A stretch of DNA of 64,000 nucleotides, taken from contig CDROCS010003966.1 of NCBI GenBank assembly GCA_977020255.1, positions 62,001 to 126,000 on the forward strand, read 5' to 3'. The stretch's first letter is position 1. Each line of letters starts with the position of its first letter. This DNA comes from Obrimoposthia wandeli (Eukaryota). A program made the translations under genes and the position numbers. Positions 9,901-21,400 of this stretch are shown here, one piece after another. The notes beneath the pieces were generated by a model. It did no database searches. It had not been told where the DNA came from and saw nothing but the letters and a program-made list of their open reading frames with translations.

Positions 9901-10626
9901 TTAAGAAACGGTTGAATCTTCGCATCTGCACTAGTTCTACAAAATTAATTACATATACTAGCAAACCTATGTTTCAACGAACAATTGAAATTCATGATAA
10001 TTTAATAGCTGTTTTATTAAGAAAAGACTTTATTTGTCTCGATCGACCAAATTATATAGGCCAAGCTGTACTAGACCTTAGCAAATTACGAATGTATACT
10101 CTTCAGTATCATGATTTGCAAATATATCTTAATTTATTCAATTGTTCAATTAATATAGTTGCCGGTGATACCGACTCATTTTTTTTGGAATGTAAAAACG
10201 TTAATTTAAGAAAACAGTTGTTACCAAAAATGATTGCAGATGGATTATTAGATACGTCAAATTATAATGTGAATGATCCATTATATTCTAATAAATTTAA
10301 TAGTAAAATAGGTTTATTTAAAGATGAATCGGAAGGAAGAATGTATAAAGAATGGATTTTCTTACTTTGTAAATGTTATTCACTTAAGTTTAAAGATGAC
10401 TTTGAAAATAATAAAGCAAAAGGAGTAAATCTTAAGGGATCAAACATATTTAGACGTGTATGAAAACGGTAATGCATATACTATACCACAAAAGAAGTTT
10501 GGAACAATAAATCATCAAATAAACACAATCATAACACAAAAAACTGCTCTCAACTCATCAGATGACAAACGCTATTGGATCGAGCAAAATAGAAACCGCG
10601 CTTATGGACATTATGAAATTACATAA
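6965..10626 (+). pseudogene. Protein-primed family B DNA polymerase with an internal endonuclease VII-like insert; disrupted
   Basis: Motifs GSGW, YADFE, CYLC..DHDHFTGKYLGPACNECN, FHNLRGYD, FIDS, DVNNLYG, KL...SLYGKT, GDTDS, KAKGV and DDKRY..AYGHY. Lesions: frameshift ~7461, TGA at 9840-9842, frameshift ~10445. Confidence 0.95.
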
Positions 10627-10704
10627 TAAATGTGTTTAATTTTGTATTATTCTCTGACTTCTTTCTTATTTATTTTTGATTTAATATAAATTTTAACATA
10701 ATTC

Positions 10705-10930
10705 TTTAGATGTGTAAGCCTGGGAAAAACTTTGTACTGAATTTTCACATAGAATAGTGTGTGTATGATTACGTAATACATTCCTTAACTGATAAGAGCG
10801 AACTTTCACATAGAATAATTGATTGAATACTATATAATTTCTTAATTTATGCCAAATCTAACCCTTACCTTGTGAACGACCATAAAAATTTTACATGAAT
10901 AAACTCGTAATATGTTGACAAATACAACCA
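10705..10930 (-). pseudogene. Degenerate second copy of the TBP-like sequence
   Basis: Shares the DNA blocks TAAGCCTGGGAAAA, ATTACGTAATACATT, TTTCACATA and AATTGATTGAATAC, in the same order, with 6555-6667. Frames are broken. Confidence 0.55.
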
Positions 10931-10964
10931 TGTACTTGAAACTATGAAATTCCAAATTTTTTAA

Positions 10965-11410
10965 AACCCTTCATCTATGGACGACCATACATATATGGAT
11001 GAATTCGTCTTCTAAAGATGATTCCAACCATGTATTCAAACCTTGACATTTAAAACTTGATTTGGTCTATAGCTCGACCCTTTGATTTATGGACGGTCAT
11101 ACTTTATGGGTGAATTCGTCTTCTAAAGATGATTACAACCATGTACTAAAACCTTGTTTTTTTTTTTTTTTTTAGCCCAATCCTTTGATTTATGGACGAC
11201 CACAACCATTTAGATGTGATGGCCAACCATAGTTGACCTTAATTATACCTTCAAAGTTTCAAGTCAAAACTGAGTCCGACCCTTTGACCTATGGACGACC
11301 ACAACCCTTTAGATGTGATGGCCAACCATAGACGGTCATGGCCATACCTTAAAACCTTCAAGTCAAAACTGACCTTGACCCTTTGATTTATGGACGACCA
11401 CAACCCTTTA
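10965..11410. repeat. Subterminal imperfect repeats of element A
   Basis: Recurrent CCCTTTGA(T/C)(T/C)TATGGACG(A/G)CCA. Also two copies each of GATGAATTCGTCTTCTAAAGATGATT-like and TTTAGATGTGATGGCCAACCATAG. Confidence 0.85.
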
Positions 11411-11422
11411 GTGGTATACCAA

Positions 11423-11597
11423 AGAAGGGTGGAGACTAGATCAATTGACCCTTCCCCCCTCCCCCCTATCTTAAACTTTCTGAGTCAGACCCTTATGGTG
11501 TGGAAAGACACCTTTATGTTGAAAAAAAAATCCTTTAACATTGTGTGCGCACAAGGGGGGGGGGTCAAGTGATCTAGACTCCATCCTTCTACTTACT
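11423..11597. repeat. Right terminus of element A with an internal inverted copy (fold-back)
   Basis: 11423-11451 is the reverse complement of 11562-11590 (26/29 identical). The terminus resembles the family B AGTAGGTGGAGG..AGTCTA..CAC ends. Confidence 0.8.
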
Positions 11598-12467
11598 TGG
11601 CACAATTTTGACTTTAAATATAAATGGTAGAAATTTTTAATACTCGTCTTCAATCAACTAATATTCTTCAAACTAAGTTTAATTATGAGGACAGATTGAG
11701 CAAGTTTTGGATAGCCATTTCGGACGAATTTCCTTCCTTGTCAAAAGGAGCAATGACGGTAATTATGTATTTTTCCACTTCTCACCTTTGTGGCGTTCTT
11801 GGCTCTAAATGAGATCAAAAGCAAAAAAAGAGAAATACATCTTTCAGTAGAAGAGGAACTGAGGGTGTCTATATCACAAATTCTACCACAAATCAAAAAA
11901 CTACGTTTGCAACACCAGGCGCAAATAGCTCATTGAATCTATAGTTGAAATGTTTATTAGCTGTTTTTTGTTTTGTTGAATAATGATTTTGTATTTTGTT
12001 ACATTTAGCATAAGTATATATATTTATACCTTTTTGAATATACCTATTGTCGTGGGATTCATGACCATTAAAGTAGCAGTTGGTTGTGATTGCATAAAAA
12101 GCCAACAATCTGCACATTACCCCATAAGGAAATTTTGCGCGGTTGATTTCATTATGATGTGATACCGACAGAAAAGATCATCGCATTGATTTGAAAGAAA
12201 GTACTTAAAGATGGATTTTCATTTGCCCATGCCACGTGATGATGATTTCAATAAAACTTGCTTTAGTAAGTCTAATTACACTTCCTACATAGCCACTGGC
12301 TGACAAGGGTACGACACATTATTAAAAAATGAATTAGACAATTTTTTAATCATAAGATACAAGCAGTTTTTTCTGAAACTATTTTTCCTTCTCTAATCAT
12401 GGTGTGTCGCGAGATATATAAAACCCCAAAGAGTGTGTCACAACAGGAAAAAGGTTGAAAACCACTG
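11598..12467 (+). mobile_element. hAT (Charlie-like) transposon 3' remnant
   Basis: FWIAISDEFPSLSKGAMTVIMYFSTSHLC resembles the hAT dimerisation domain. TIR GGTTGAAAACCACTG ends at 12467, followed by a CTCTAGAG Charlie-type target. Confidence 0.75.
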
Positions 12468-13492
12468 CTCTAGAGCATAGGATTATAAATTCAAAGGCAA
12501 AAAAGAAGGGATGAAAGAGAAAGGCAAATTGATTTGCCATAAGTCAACACTGAAGGTGATTTCCATTTGCACAGCGAACATCGTCAAATGAGGAAATGTG
12601 GGACAGATGGCCAACTTGTAGCTTGAAGTCATGTTTGTCTACTGTCCGAGTGCAGCTTCGCCATGTATTTTGTGTTTTAATATCAAGATTGTTGGGAATG
12701 TGGGTTCAAAAGTCTTTATACTCCAATTAACCGTTTGTTCAATGTTTTGTTGTCATTTTCAGGGGTCTCAAGTCACCCGAACAAATGAACGCCATGCAGG
12801 AACAAGGGAGATAATTGCAAGGGTTATAATAGCGATCGTAAAACAATCGTTGGAAGCAGTGTAGAACAAAGTTATTTACAAAACGCATCTGAAGAATGTG
12901 GGGTACCTAAGCGTGAAGCCATATGGAAGCAAAACATTTGAAATTGCTCGCTGGCCAAACCGCACTCAGTTTATATTTGGAGAAAAGCCTCGTCCAACAA
13001 ATATTGAACCTTTTAGGGTACATAAACATTCGGCTGTTTGTGAGATCTTCAGCTGACTGCTCAAGGTTGGAAATCAAATGTGTCAAAGATATTTATAGGT
13101 CAATCCTTTCTTAGTCAGGCACACAACGTCTTTTACCCATTTTGAATTTCACCCAATAACATTCTAGAGCCATATCTGGAGAGTTATTTGACAATTTAGG
13201 CAAGCACATCTTGAGAGTATAGCAAACTATGATAAAGAAATATGACGTAAGTTGAAATAACAACCTAGAAGAAAGATAGCAGCAGGAAAATATTTTTGTC
13301 TTCTTAGACAGTCCCAGTGAGTCTCATGAAAGATGTAAACTCTGCAAATGAGGACAACCGGCCAAATGTTGACCTCCGCAAAGCCAAGAGGGAAGATGCA
13401 ATTTAAAATGACCTCCAGTCTAGTCCATGTACATTAATGTTTTAGAAGCCCCAGACAATGGAATTATACATTGACAATGTAAACAATAACTA

Positions 13493-13712
13493 TGTTGTGT
13501 GCGTGTCCCTTGTCCCCATGGCGAGATGACTTGTGAAAGTGTCAAAATGTTGTGTGCGTGTCCCTTGTCCCCATGGCGAGATGACTTGTGAAAGTGTCAA
13601 AATGTTGTGTGCGTGTCCCTTGTCCCCATGGCGAGATGACTTGTGAAAGTGTCAAAATGTTGTGTGCGTGTCCCTGGTCCCCATGGCGAGATGACTTGTG
13701 AAAGTGTCAAAA
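13493..13712. repeat. Minisatellite, 4 x 55 bp
   Basis: Unit TGTTGTGTGCGTGTCCCTTGTCCCCATGGCGAGATGACTTGTGAAAGTGTCAAAA, near-identical copies. Confidence 0.95.
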
Positions 13713-14971
13713 TGGATATTGTGCAGGTGTGTGATGGAACAAAAATTTGACATTCTTCATAGGCTGTGTTCTCGCTCAATATATTGTGACATTAGAGATA
13801 TTTGACAACAAATGGTCCATAGAGCTCAAAGAGTGACCAAAGTCGTCTCAGTCGCCGGCAATTGTCGTCTGAATGTGAGCCTACAAATATGGTGGACCGC
13901 TCCAAACTGTAGGTAAACAGAACTGTAAGAAATTTATACCTTAGAAAAAGCAAAAAGAACATAGACAAATCTCAATTGATCATGAATAGTGAAAGACGAT
14001 ATTTAGAGGAGAGAAAAGATTTAGTTGTCACTGTCCCGACTGTTGCCGCAGTTAGCTAAACAAAAATGATTCTTCCTGACGGGATACTTGGATATACATT
14101 TATCGATTGTGTAGTGAAGTCAATGCCTTGTTTAGAGATTCTTAAAAATATCTTCATCCGATAATTAATCCTCAGTTTCATGATAAAAAAGAAAATACTT
14201 TTACATAATAGATTTTTCAAAAAAATATTTTGTTCATAGGAGAAGCAGAATACCACAAAGACTAAACATCCACCACGAGAAAAATATGCGACGGTTTTGA
14301 GCTTTTGGGACTAAAAAAGGAGAAGAGAAATGAATACAAGGTAAAAGACCGAATTATATTTACAGCCTCAAAAAATGCATTAGTAGGTGAGCATTATCTA
14401 GAAAAGTATTTCAATAGATCTCAGAGTTAGAAACCCTCGGGAACTTATCCTTGTAATCCAACTGTCGATTTCCCAAAATTGAAGACGGATTCTATATACC
14501 CTGGAATATCGATATTGGTTTTTCTGTGGTACACACTTTTCTCTCAAAATTGATTTATCCAAGGTTGAACTTGAATGTCTCAATTACGGTTCTCCTCACA
14601 ATTTCCATCAGCAGTCTGCGGTACAGACAGTTTCCTGTTTGTCAGGGGTCGTGATATTATCTTCTGTCTGAATTTTGTTACATCGACAATCGTGAACATA
14701 GGCTAAACGTTTTATGGAAATTTTTCTTTATCACATCAAAACCAGAATTAATAAAAATATTTTTTTTAAAAAAATAAGAAATTTCAAACAGAAAACTGTC
14801 ATACTATACAAAATTTGAAAAATCAAAAATGTTTTGTTTAGTGTGTGCATTGTTCAAAAAAGATTCACATAAAAATCTCTAGAAAAATATTAGAGGTGGC
14901 TATACAGTCAGCCACAAACCGAGAGAATATTGTACATAGAAATATCGTCAATGGTCAATGAATCCACTCAC

Positions 14972-15404
14972 TGTATTGAGCAGATGTGAAGTCCCAGACT
15001 GACTCTTCTCCGTATCCCCACCCATTTCTTGAATGAAAATGGACAGTGTAGTCGGTGAACGGATCGATATTGATACTATCACCGGACACGCTCAAATTGT
15101 TCGATGATGATGTGTAATTAACATCAATTTGACTAATACATCCAGTGATATTGATCGCATTGTCATTGTCACCCACGGTCTACAAATTGATAATCACGAT
15201 ACAGCACAAAATCACCCACCTTGTCAGAGCAGTCAGAACACGTCACATTCCACACTTTGATGCAGTTGCTGCCATCCCGACTCCTCAGCACCACCAGATA
15301 CTGGGACACCGCTCCATTGGGAAACGAGGGTGCACTCCACACCACATGCACACTCGCTCTCGGAAAGGAACTTGCTACACTTGTAATTGATGTTCCGTTA
15401 CTTT
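14972..15404 (-). CDS. FN3 module (exons 15404-15220 and 15179-14972)
   Basis: SSFPRASVHVVWSAPSFPNGAVSQYLVVL..CIKVWNVTCSDCSDK | TVGDN..GC..PFTDYTVHFHSRNGWGYG. 40-nt intron. Confidence 0.85.
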
Positions 15405-18400
15405 CTGGAAAAAATAATAGTGTGATTTTTAATCCGAATTGAAAATATAGAGTATTTTTCTAACAAAGAAATATTCGAAACAGAATTGGCTGAAATAAAT
15501 GGTAAAAGTTTCAACCACTGTTCCCACTTTATTAGCTGAAAATTGATTCGAAATATTTTAATTACAAAAATATAATAAAATATTATTATAAAATATAAAA
15601 TTCCTTAAACATTAAAATAATTAAAATAACTTACCCAAGAATCAACTACGGTACAATTTGAATATATTAACTTATGGATCAGTCACTGAAATCTTACATC
15701 GTATTTCTGAACTAGTAACAAGCTGCATTTAGTAATATGTGCCATGCTCCTTCAAATACCTCTACATTCAAACGGTGCTGTGGATTATTTTGACAAATAA
15801 AATTCGAATTTGTGGAAAAAATGTTGAAAATTCTAAAGAAATTAAATAAATATTTCTGAGTAATTTTCAATTTATATAGACGCATTAAATCCCATTTTTC
15901 ATTAGGTAATATAAATAAAAATATATATCAGGTTTTAAACAATTTAAGATCTTAAATCAACTTTTTAAAAACTAATGAATGTTGAAGCTTTTATAATGAA
16001 AGTTAGGAAAATATAGGCAAATCAGTTCCCACTTCTATTTGTTCACGCAAATATAATACAATGGTTAAATCGTAACTTTGGCTTAATCAACACTATCGTT
16101 AAGTTTTTGCAAAAATTATTTTATTTTAAAAATTATTCTGGATTTATAGGGAAATATCATCTTTAATCAGGTGGGCTACAGCTGGGGATTAGCTAGGACG
16201 ACTCGGATAATGAGTAAATACAAGGGAAAATTGAAAAAAAAATAAAAAAACTGAGGGTAAACTGTACATATATTTCTCCTAGGTGGTCAATGAATCTACT
16301 CACTATATTGAGCAGATGTGAAGTTTCTAATTGTCTCTTCTCCGTATCCCCATCCATTTATTGAATGAACATGGACAGTGTAGTTGGTGTAGGGATCGAT
16401 TTTTCTGTCGTTTCCGGACACGATCAAGTTGGTCGATGATGATGTGTATGTGGCATTAATTTGACTAAAACATCCAGTGATATTGATCGCATTGCCATTG
16501 TCACCCACGGCCTACGAATCGATAATCACGATACAGCACAAAATCGCCCACCTTGTCAGGGCAGTCAGAACACTTCACATTCCACACTCTGATGCAGCGG
16601 CTGCCATCACGACTCCTCAGAACCACCAGATACTGAGACACCGCTCCATTGGGAGAAGAAGGTGCACTCCATACAACAGACACACTCGCTCCGGGAAATG
16701 AACTGGTGATATTCGTGATCGACGTTCCATTACTTTCTGGAACATTTAATTAATAGATTTTAGTCAATTTATGATTTAAATCGTATTTGAATGGAAGGCC
16801 AAAATAAACAAATTTAAATGAATTAAAAAAAGGAAAATGCGGTTTTTGTTGCTGTACGTAAAAGTATAAGAGAAACTTCGAAATCTAATGATCGAAGGGT
16901 TATAACAGTGTATATACAAAGGGTAAAAAGGGCAAGCAAAGAGTTGATCCAGCAAATCTATGAGCAGCCGATCTAACACGACAATTTGTAGAATATTAAA
17001 GAATGCTTTAGCATTTAGAATTTAAGATAAAGATAAGAGACTTATGTGGACTTGAGACATTCATGTGCTGGACTTCAAGACGTTGTCATATGAAGTGCCG
17101 AAGAATTATTTTGCCTATGAGGCTCTGGTAGCTATTATCCGGCTGGGGTAGGAGTTTGCTGTGATTTGGAAATATGCCAATGTCTGAACCAATGAGAACT
17201 GTCAAACATCGAGAAAGTACAAATTGAATGCCTCTTCACAAAAGTCGCTACGAGTGAATCCCACAGAAATAATAAAAGAGCATAAATGAATAACATGACA
17301 AAGAGTGATAACAGCTAAATAAATAGAGAAAAATTATAGGGACATTTTTAATTCAAACAGAAACAACAATTACAGGATGGCAATTTGGGGGAGGTACTTG
17401 TAAAGAATAAAGTAAGGTATAACGATCGAGACAAAAATGAAGGGTCGTTTGAAATGATTGAGAAGAATCATGGGATCCAGTTTAAGTTGAAAGGTGAACA
17501 TGCCAGAAACAAAACAAGGAAGGCCGAGAATCTAAATAAGGTTTAAGAAGGGTGCATTAAGGTAACTTATATTTATATTGTTAATTATTCTAAAGCATCA
17601 TAAATTTATATTTTCTAAGTATTGTGTGAAAGTATTTTCTAATATACAAACACGCATATATATAACAAGGAAAAAGCGACATATCTCAAAATAAAATCTT
17701 ACTATATTGAACAGATGTGAAGTTCCTGACTGCTACTTCTCCATAGCCCCACCCATTTCGTGGATGAACATGGACGGTGTAGTCGGTGTACGGATCGATA
17801 TATGTGCCATTACTGGATACAGTCAACTTGGTCGATGATGATGTGTATGTGACATTGATTTTACTAATACATCCAGTGATATTTATCGCATTGCCATTGT
17901 CACCCACGGTCTACAAATCGATAATCACGATACAGCACACGATCACGAACCTTGTCAAAGCAGTCAAAACACGTTACACTCCACACTCTGATGCAGCTGC
18001 TGCCACCACGACTCCTCAGCACCACCAGATACTGGGACACCGCTCCATTGGGAAATGAGGGACCACTCCACACCACAGACACATTCGCTCCAGGAAAGGA
18101 ACTTGCTACACTCGTAATTGCTGTTCTGTTACTTTCTGGAATAAAATTAGAGGGTAGCATATAAAATAAATATATTGATGTACATATAGAAATCGTGCTA
18201 CGAAGAGGATGATAAGCAACTTCGATATGATTTGTTCAAATATTCTATGTGTAATTACAGGATACACAGGCTCCACGAAATAGTTTCTAGAACTATCGAG
18301 ATGCAGCAGTTTATACAAAAATGAACAAAATGTGGTACGTTTATTTATATTGATGGCGCGAGTGGGTATTTTTCTAGCACTGACTGTTCCACTATTCAAT

Positions 18401-21400
18401 TGCCGCAGATTAAAAAGATTTTGGATGGAGATCATTTAAATCAAAATCTGATTTTCGATAAAGGATATAATAAGTTGGTGATTGTGAAATTGAGGACGCA
18501 CACAATAATGAAGGAGCAATTTTGTCAAATACGAAACTGAAGAATAACTCAACGTCCATGTTATCAAGAAGAAACAAAATATCCATACCTACAGTTAAAA
18601 TTGCTTACAGAGCCATTTAGATAAAATATAACTGTTTGTTTCAGAAAATGTACAAGGACAAAATGTATCAGCATGCATAAAATGTCACAAAAGCCTAAAT
18701 CACATCTTATAAAAAGGCGTAATCATTGGAATTTACAACTTTCTGTAATAGTAGGATAAAGATTGGACTAAATTCAGCTACTTACAAAATGTAAGTTCAA
18801 ACTCTCTATTTATCAACTATTGGTTGGGTTATCGGTTAAGATTACGAGCTGAGATAAATCAGTGGTAGAATGCACAACTTGCAAGAAATGCGACCCGTGG
18901 ATCAATACCCAGTTCCAGCAACTCATTTTCTCCAAAACTCAGTATCATTAAAATTTTGCAGGTGCATTTGCATTTAATAATAATTTTGAATATTTTACAA
19001 ATCCAAGATACATTAATTCAAAATATGTTATAATTTAACTCACTGTACTGGGCAGTTGCGAAGTTCTCGATTGCCTCTTCTCCGTATCCCCATCCATTTC
19101 GTGGTTGAACATGGACGGTGTAGTCGGTGTATGGATTGACACCACCTCCGGCCAAACTGGTCGATGATGATGTGTATGTGGCTCCAACTGCAGTGGGACA
19201 TCCCGGAGTATTGATCGCATTGCCATTGTCACCCACGGTCTACAAATCGATAATCACGATACAGCACACCATCACCCACCTTGTCAGAGCAGTCAGAACA
19301 CGTCACACTCCACACTCTGATGCAGCTGCTGCCATCACGACTTCTCAGTACCACCAGATATTGATTGATCACTCCTTTGGGAATAGTTGAAGCATTCCAA
19401 ATAACATTCACACTTGAACTGGGAAATGAGCTCGTCACACTTGTGATAGTTGGAGCATTGCTTTCTGAGAAATGTTTACGCTGAGTTGTCAATTTAATCA
19501 CATTCAAATTATGTAAAACTCGAGGAAAATGCCAGAAATAGTGAAAATATGTTTATGTTTAAGACATTGCAGAGCGACCATAAATTAATCTCAACACCAA
19601 GATTGAGGATCAAAGTCATTGACATTCTGCAGAAAACTATTTTGTTTGTTTTCTCTTCGTTCACGTTGCTGCAAACACTTGCCAACCAAGTCGCAGTTGT
19701 ACAAGGGATTCATTGAGCACTCCCCTGCAGAAAATCTAGTTGAAATAAACCTGGAATGTCCCAAAACGCATCCGTGCTCGTTGGGACTCATTCTGCTTCC
19801 CATCTTTTTTCGTTTTGTATCCGTAGATCAGCCACAAAAGGGATTCACTAGAAGAGAAGTAAAACATGCAAGCACTAAAATTCGTCTTCATGTTGAATGT
19901 TTGGAATGAAATAATACAGAAAGATGATGCGAACTTATATACACGTGCAGAGCTGTATGGATTCTTGACTGACCAACTACACACTTCACGAGATGAATTT
20001 GAAAGGTGCGGAGCCTATACAAAGGAAATGCTGCCAGATGTTGCTGACAAGACCACTCAATCTCCCAAAATGATCAGAAAGCAACTAATTGTTTCTAGCC
20101 ATTTTTGTTTAAATACCTCAATATTTGTACGCGCCATTTTAAAATCTTATTTGTCAAATTTTCAAAAAAAATATGTTGCTTCAATTTTCTACGTTAAACT
20201 AAAAAATGTTCCTCAAAAATTCATTTTTTTACCCAAATGAAAAAAAATCATAAGATTCAACAAAAAACGTTTCATAAGAACTTATAAAATCTTATTGTAA
20301 TTGTGTCCTTGCCAACCAATGGCTCATGGATGATGTCCTTGTCAACCAATGGCTCATGGATGATGTCCTTGCCAACCAATGGCTCATGGATGATGTCCTT
20401 GCCAACCAATGGCTCATGGATGATGTCCTTGCCAACCAATGGCTCATGGATGATGTCCTTGCCAACCAATGGCTCATGGATGATGTCCTTGTCAACCAAT
20501 GGCTCATGGATGATGTCCTTGCCAACCAATGGCTCATGGATGATGTCCTTGCCAACCAATGGCTCATGGATGATGTCCTTGCCAACCAATGGCTCATGGA
20601 TGATGTCCTTGTCAACCAATGGCTCATGGATGATGTCCTTGCCAACCAATGGCTCATGGATGATGTCCTTGCCAACCAATGGCTCATGGATGATGTCCTT
20701 GTCAACCAATGGCTCATGGATGATGTCCTTGCCAACCAATGGCTCATGGATGATGTCCTTGCCAACCAATGGCTCATGGATGATGTCCTTGCCAACCAAT
20801 GGCTCATGGATGATGTCCTTGCCAACCAATGGCTCATGGATGATGTCCTTGCCAACCAATGGCTCATGGATGATGTCCTTGCCAACCAATGGCTCATGGA
20901 TGATGTCCTTGTCAACCAATGGCTCATGGATGATGTCCTTGCCAACCAATGGCTCATGGATGATGTCCTTGCCAACTAACGGCTCATGGATGATGTCCTT
21001 GCCAACCAATGGCTCATGGATGATGTCCTTGCCAACTAACGGCTCATGGATGATGTCCTTGTCAACTAACGGCTCATGGATGATGTCCTTGTCAACTAAC
21101 GGCTCATGGATGATGTCCTTGTCAACTAACGGCTCATGGATGATGTCCTTGCCAACTAACGGCTCATGGATGATGTCCTTGTCAACCAATGGCTCATGGA
21201 TGATGTCCTTGCCAACCAATGGCTCATGGATGATGTCCATAGCTTCAAAAGTAAATTTAAATACACTCCACATTATTCCAGTGACCTTGTTTCGCCTTAT
21301 CAATTTATAAATAAAGTTAAAGGGAATGATAAGAGTTACTTTTAGAGACGACTAAAACCATTTTACACTTCAAAAAAATTATCTATTTTTATAATTGAAA

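Larger units (their letters stand above)
1..11597. mobile_element. Polinton/Maverick (adintovirus-like) element A; left end lies outside the window
   Basis: Cluster of protease, MCP, penton, RVE integrase, packaging ATPase and pPolB. Right terminus ...CCTTCTACTTACT ends at 11597 (reverse complement AGTAAGTAGAAGG), next to an hAT remnant. Confidence 0.96.

Noticed and set aside
12540-13120. Transposon- or RT-like coding remnant
   Set aside because: No motif could be reconstructed in any frame.
20272-21310. 227-343 aa repeat ORFs as real genes
   Set aside because: Open frames follow automatically from a stop-free 30-bp unit. No splice sites or domain support.
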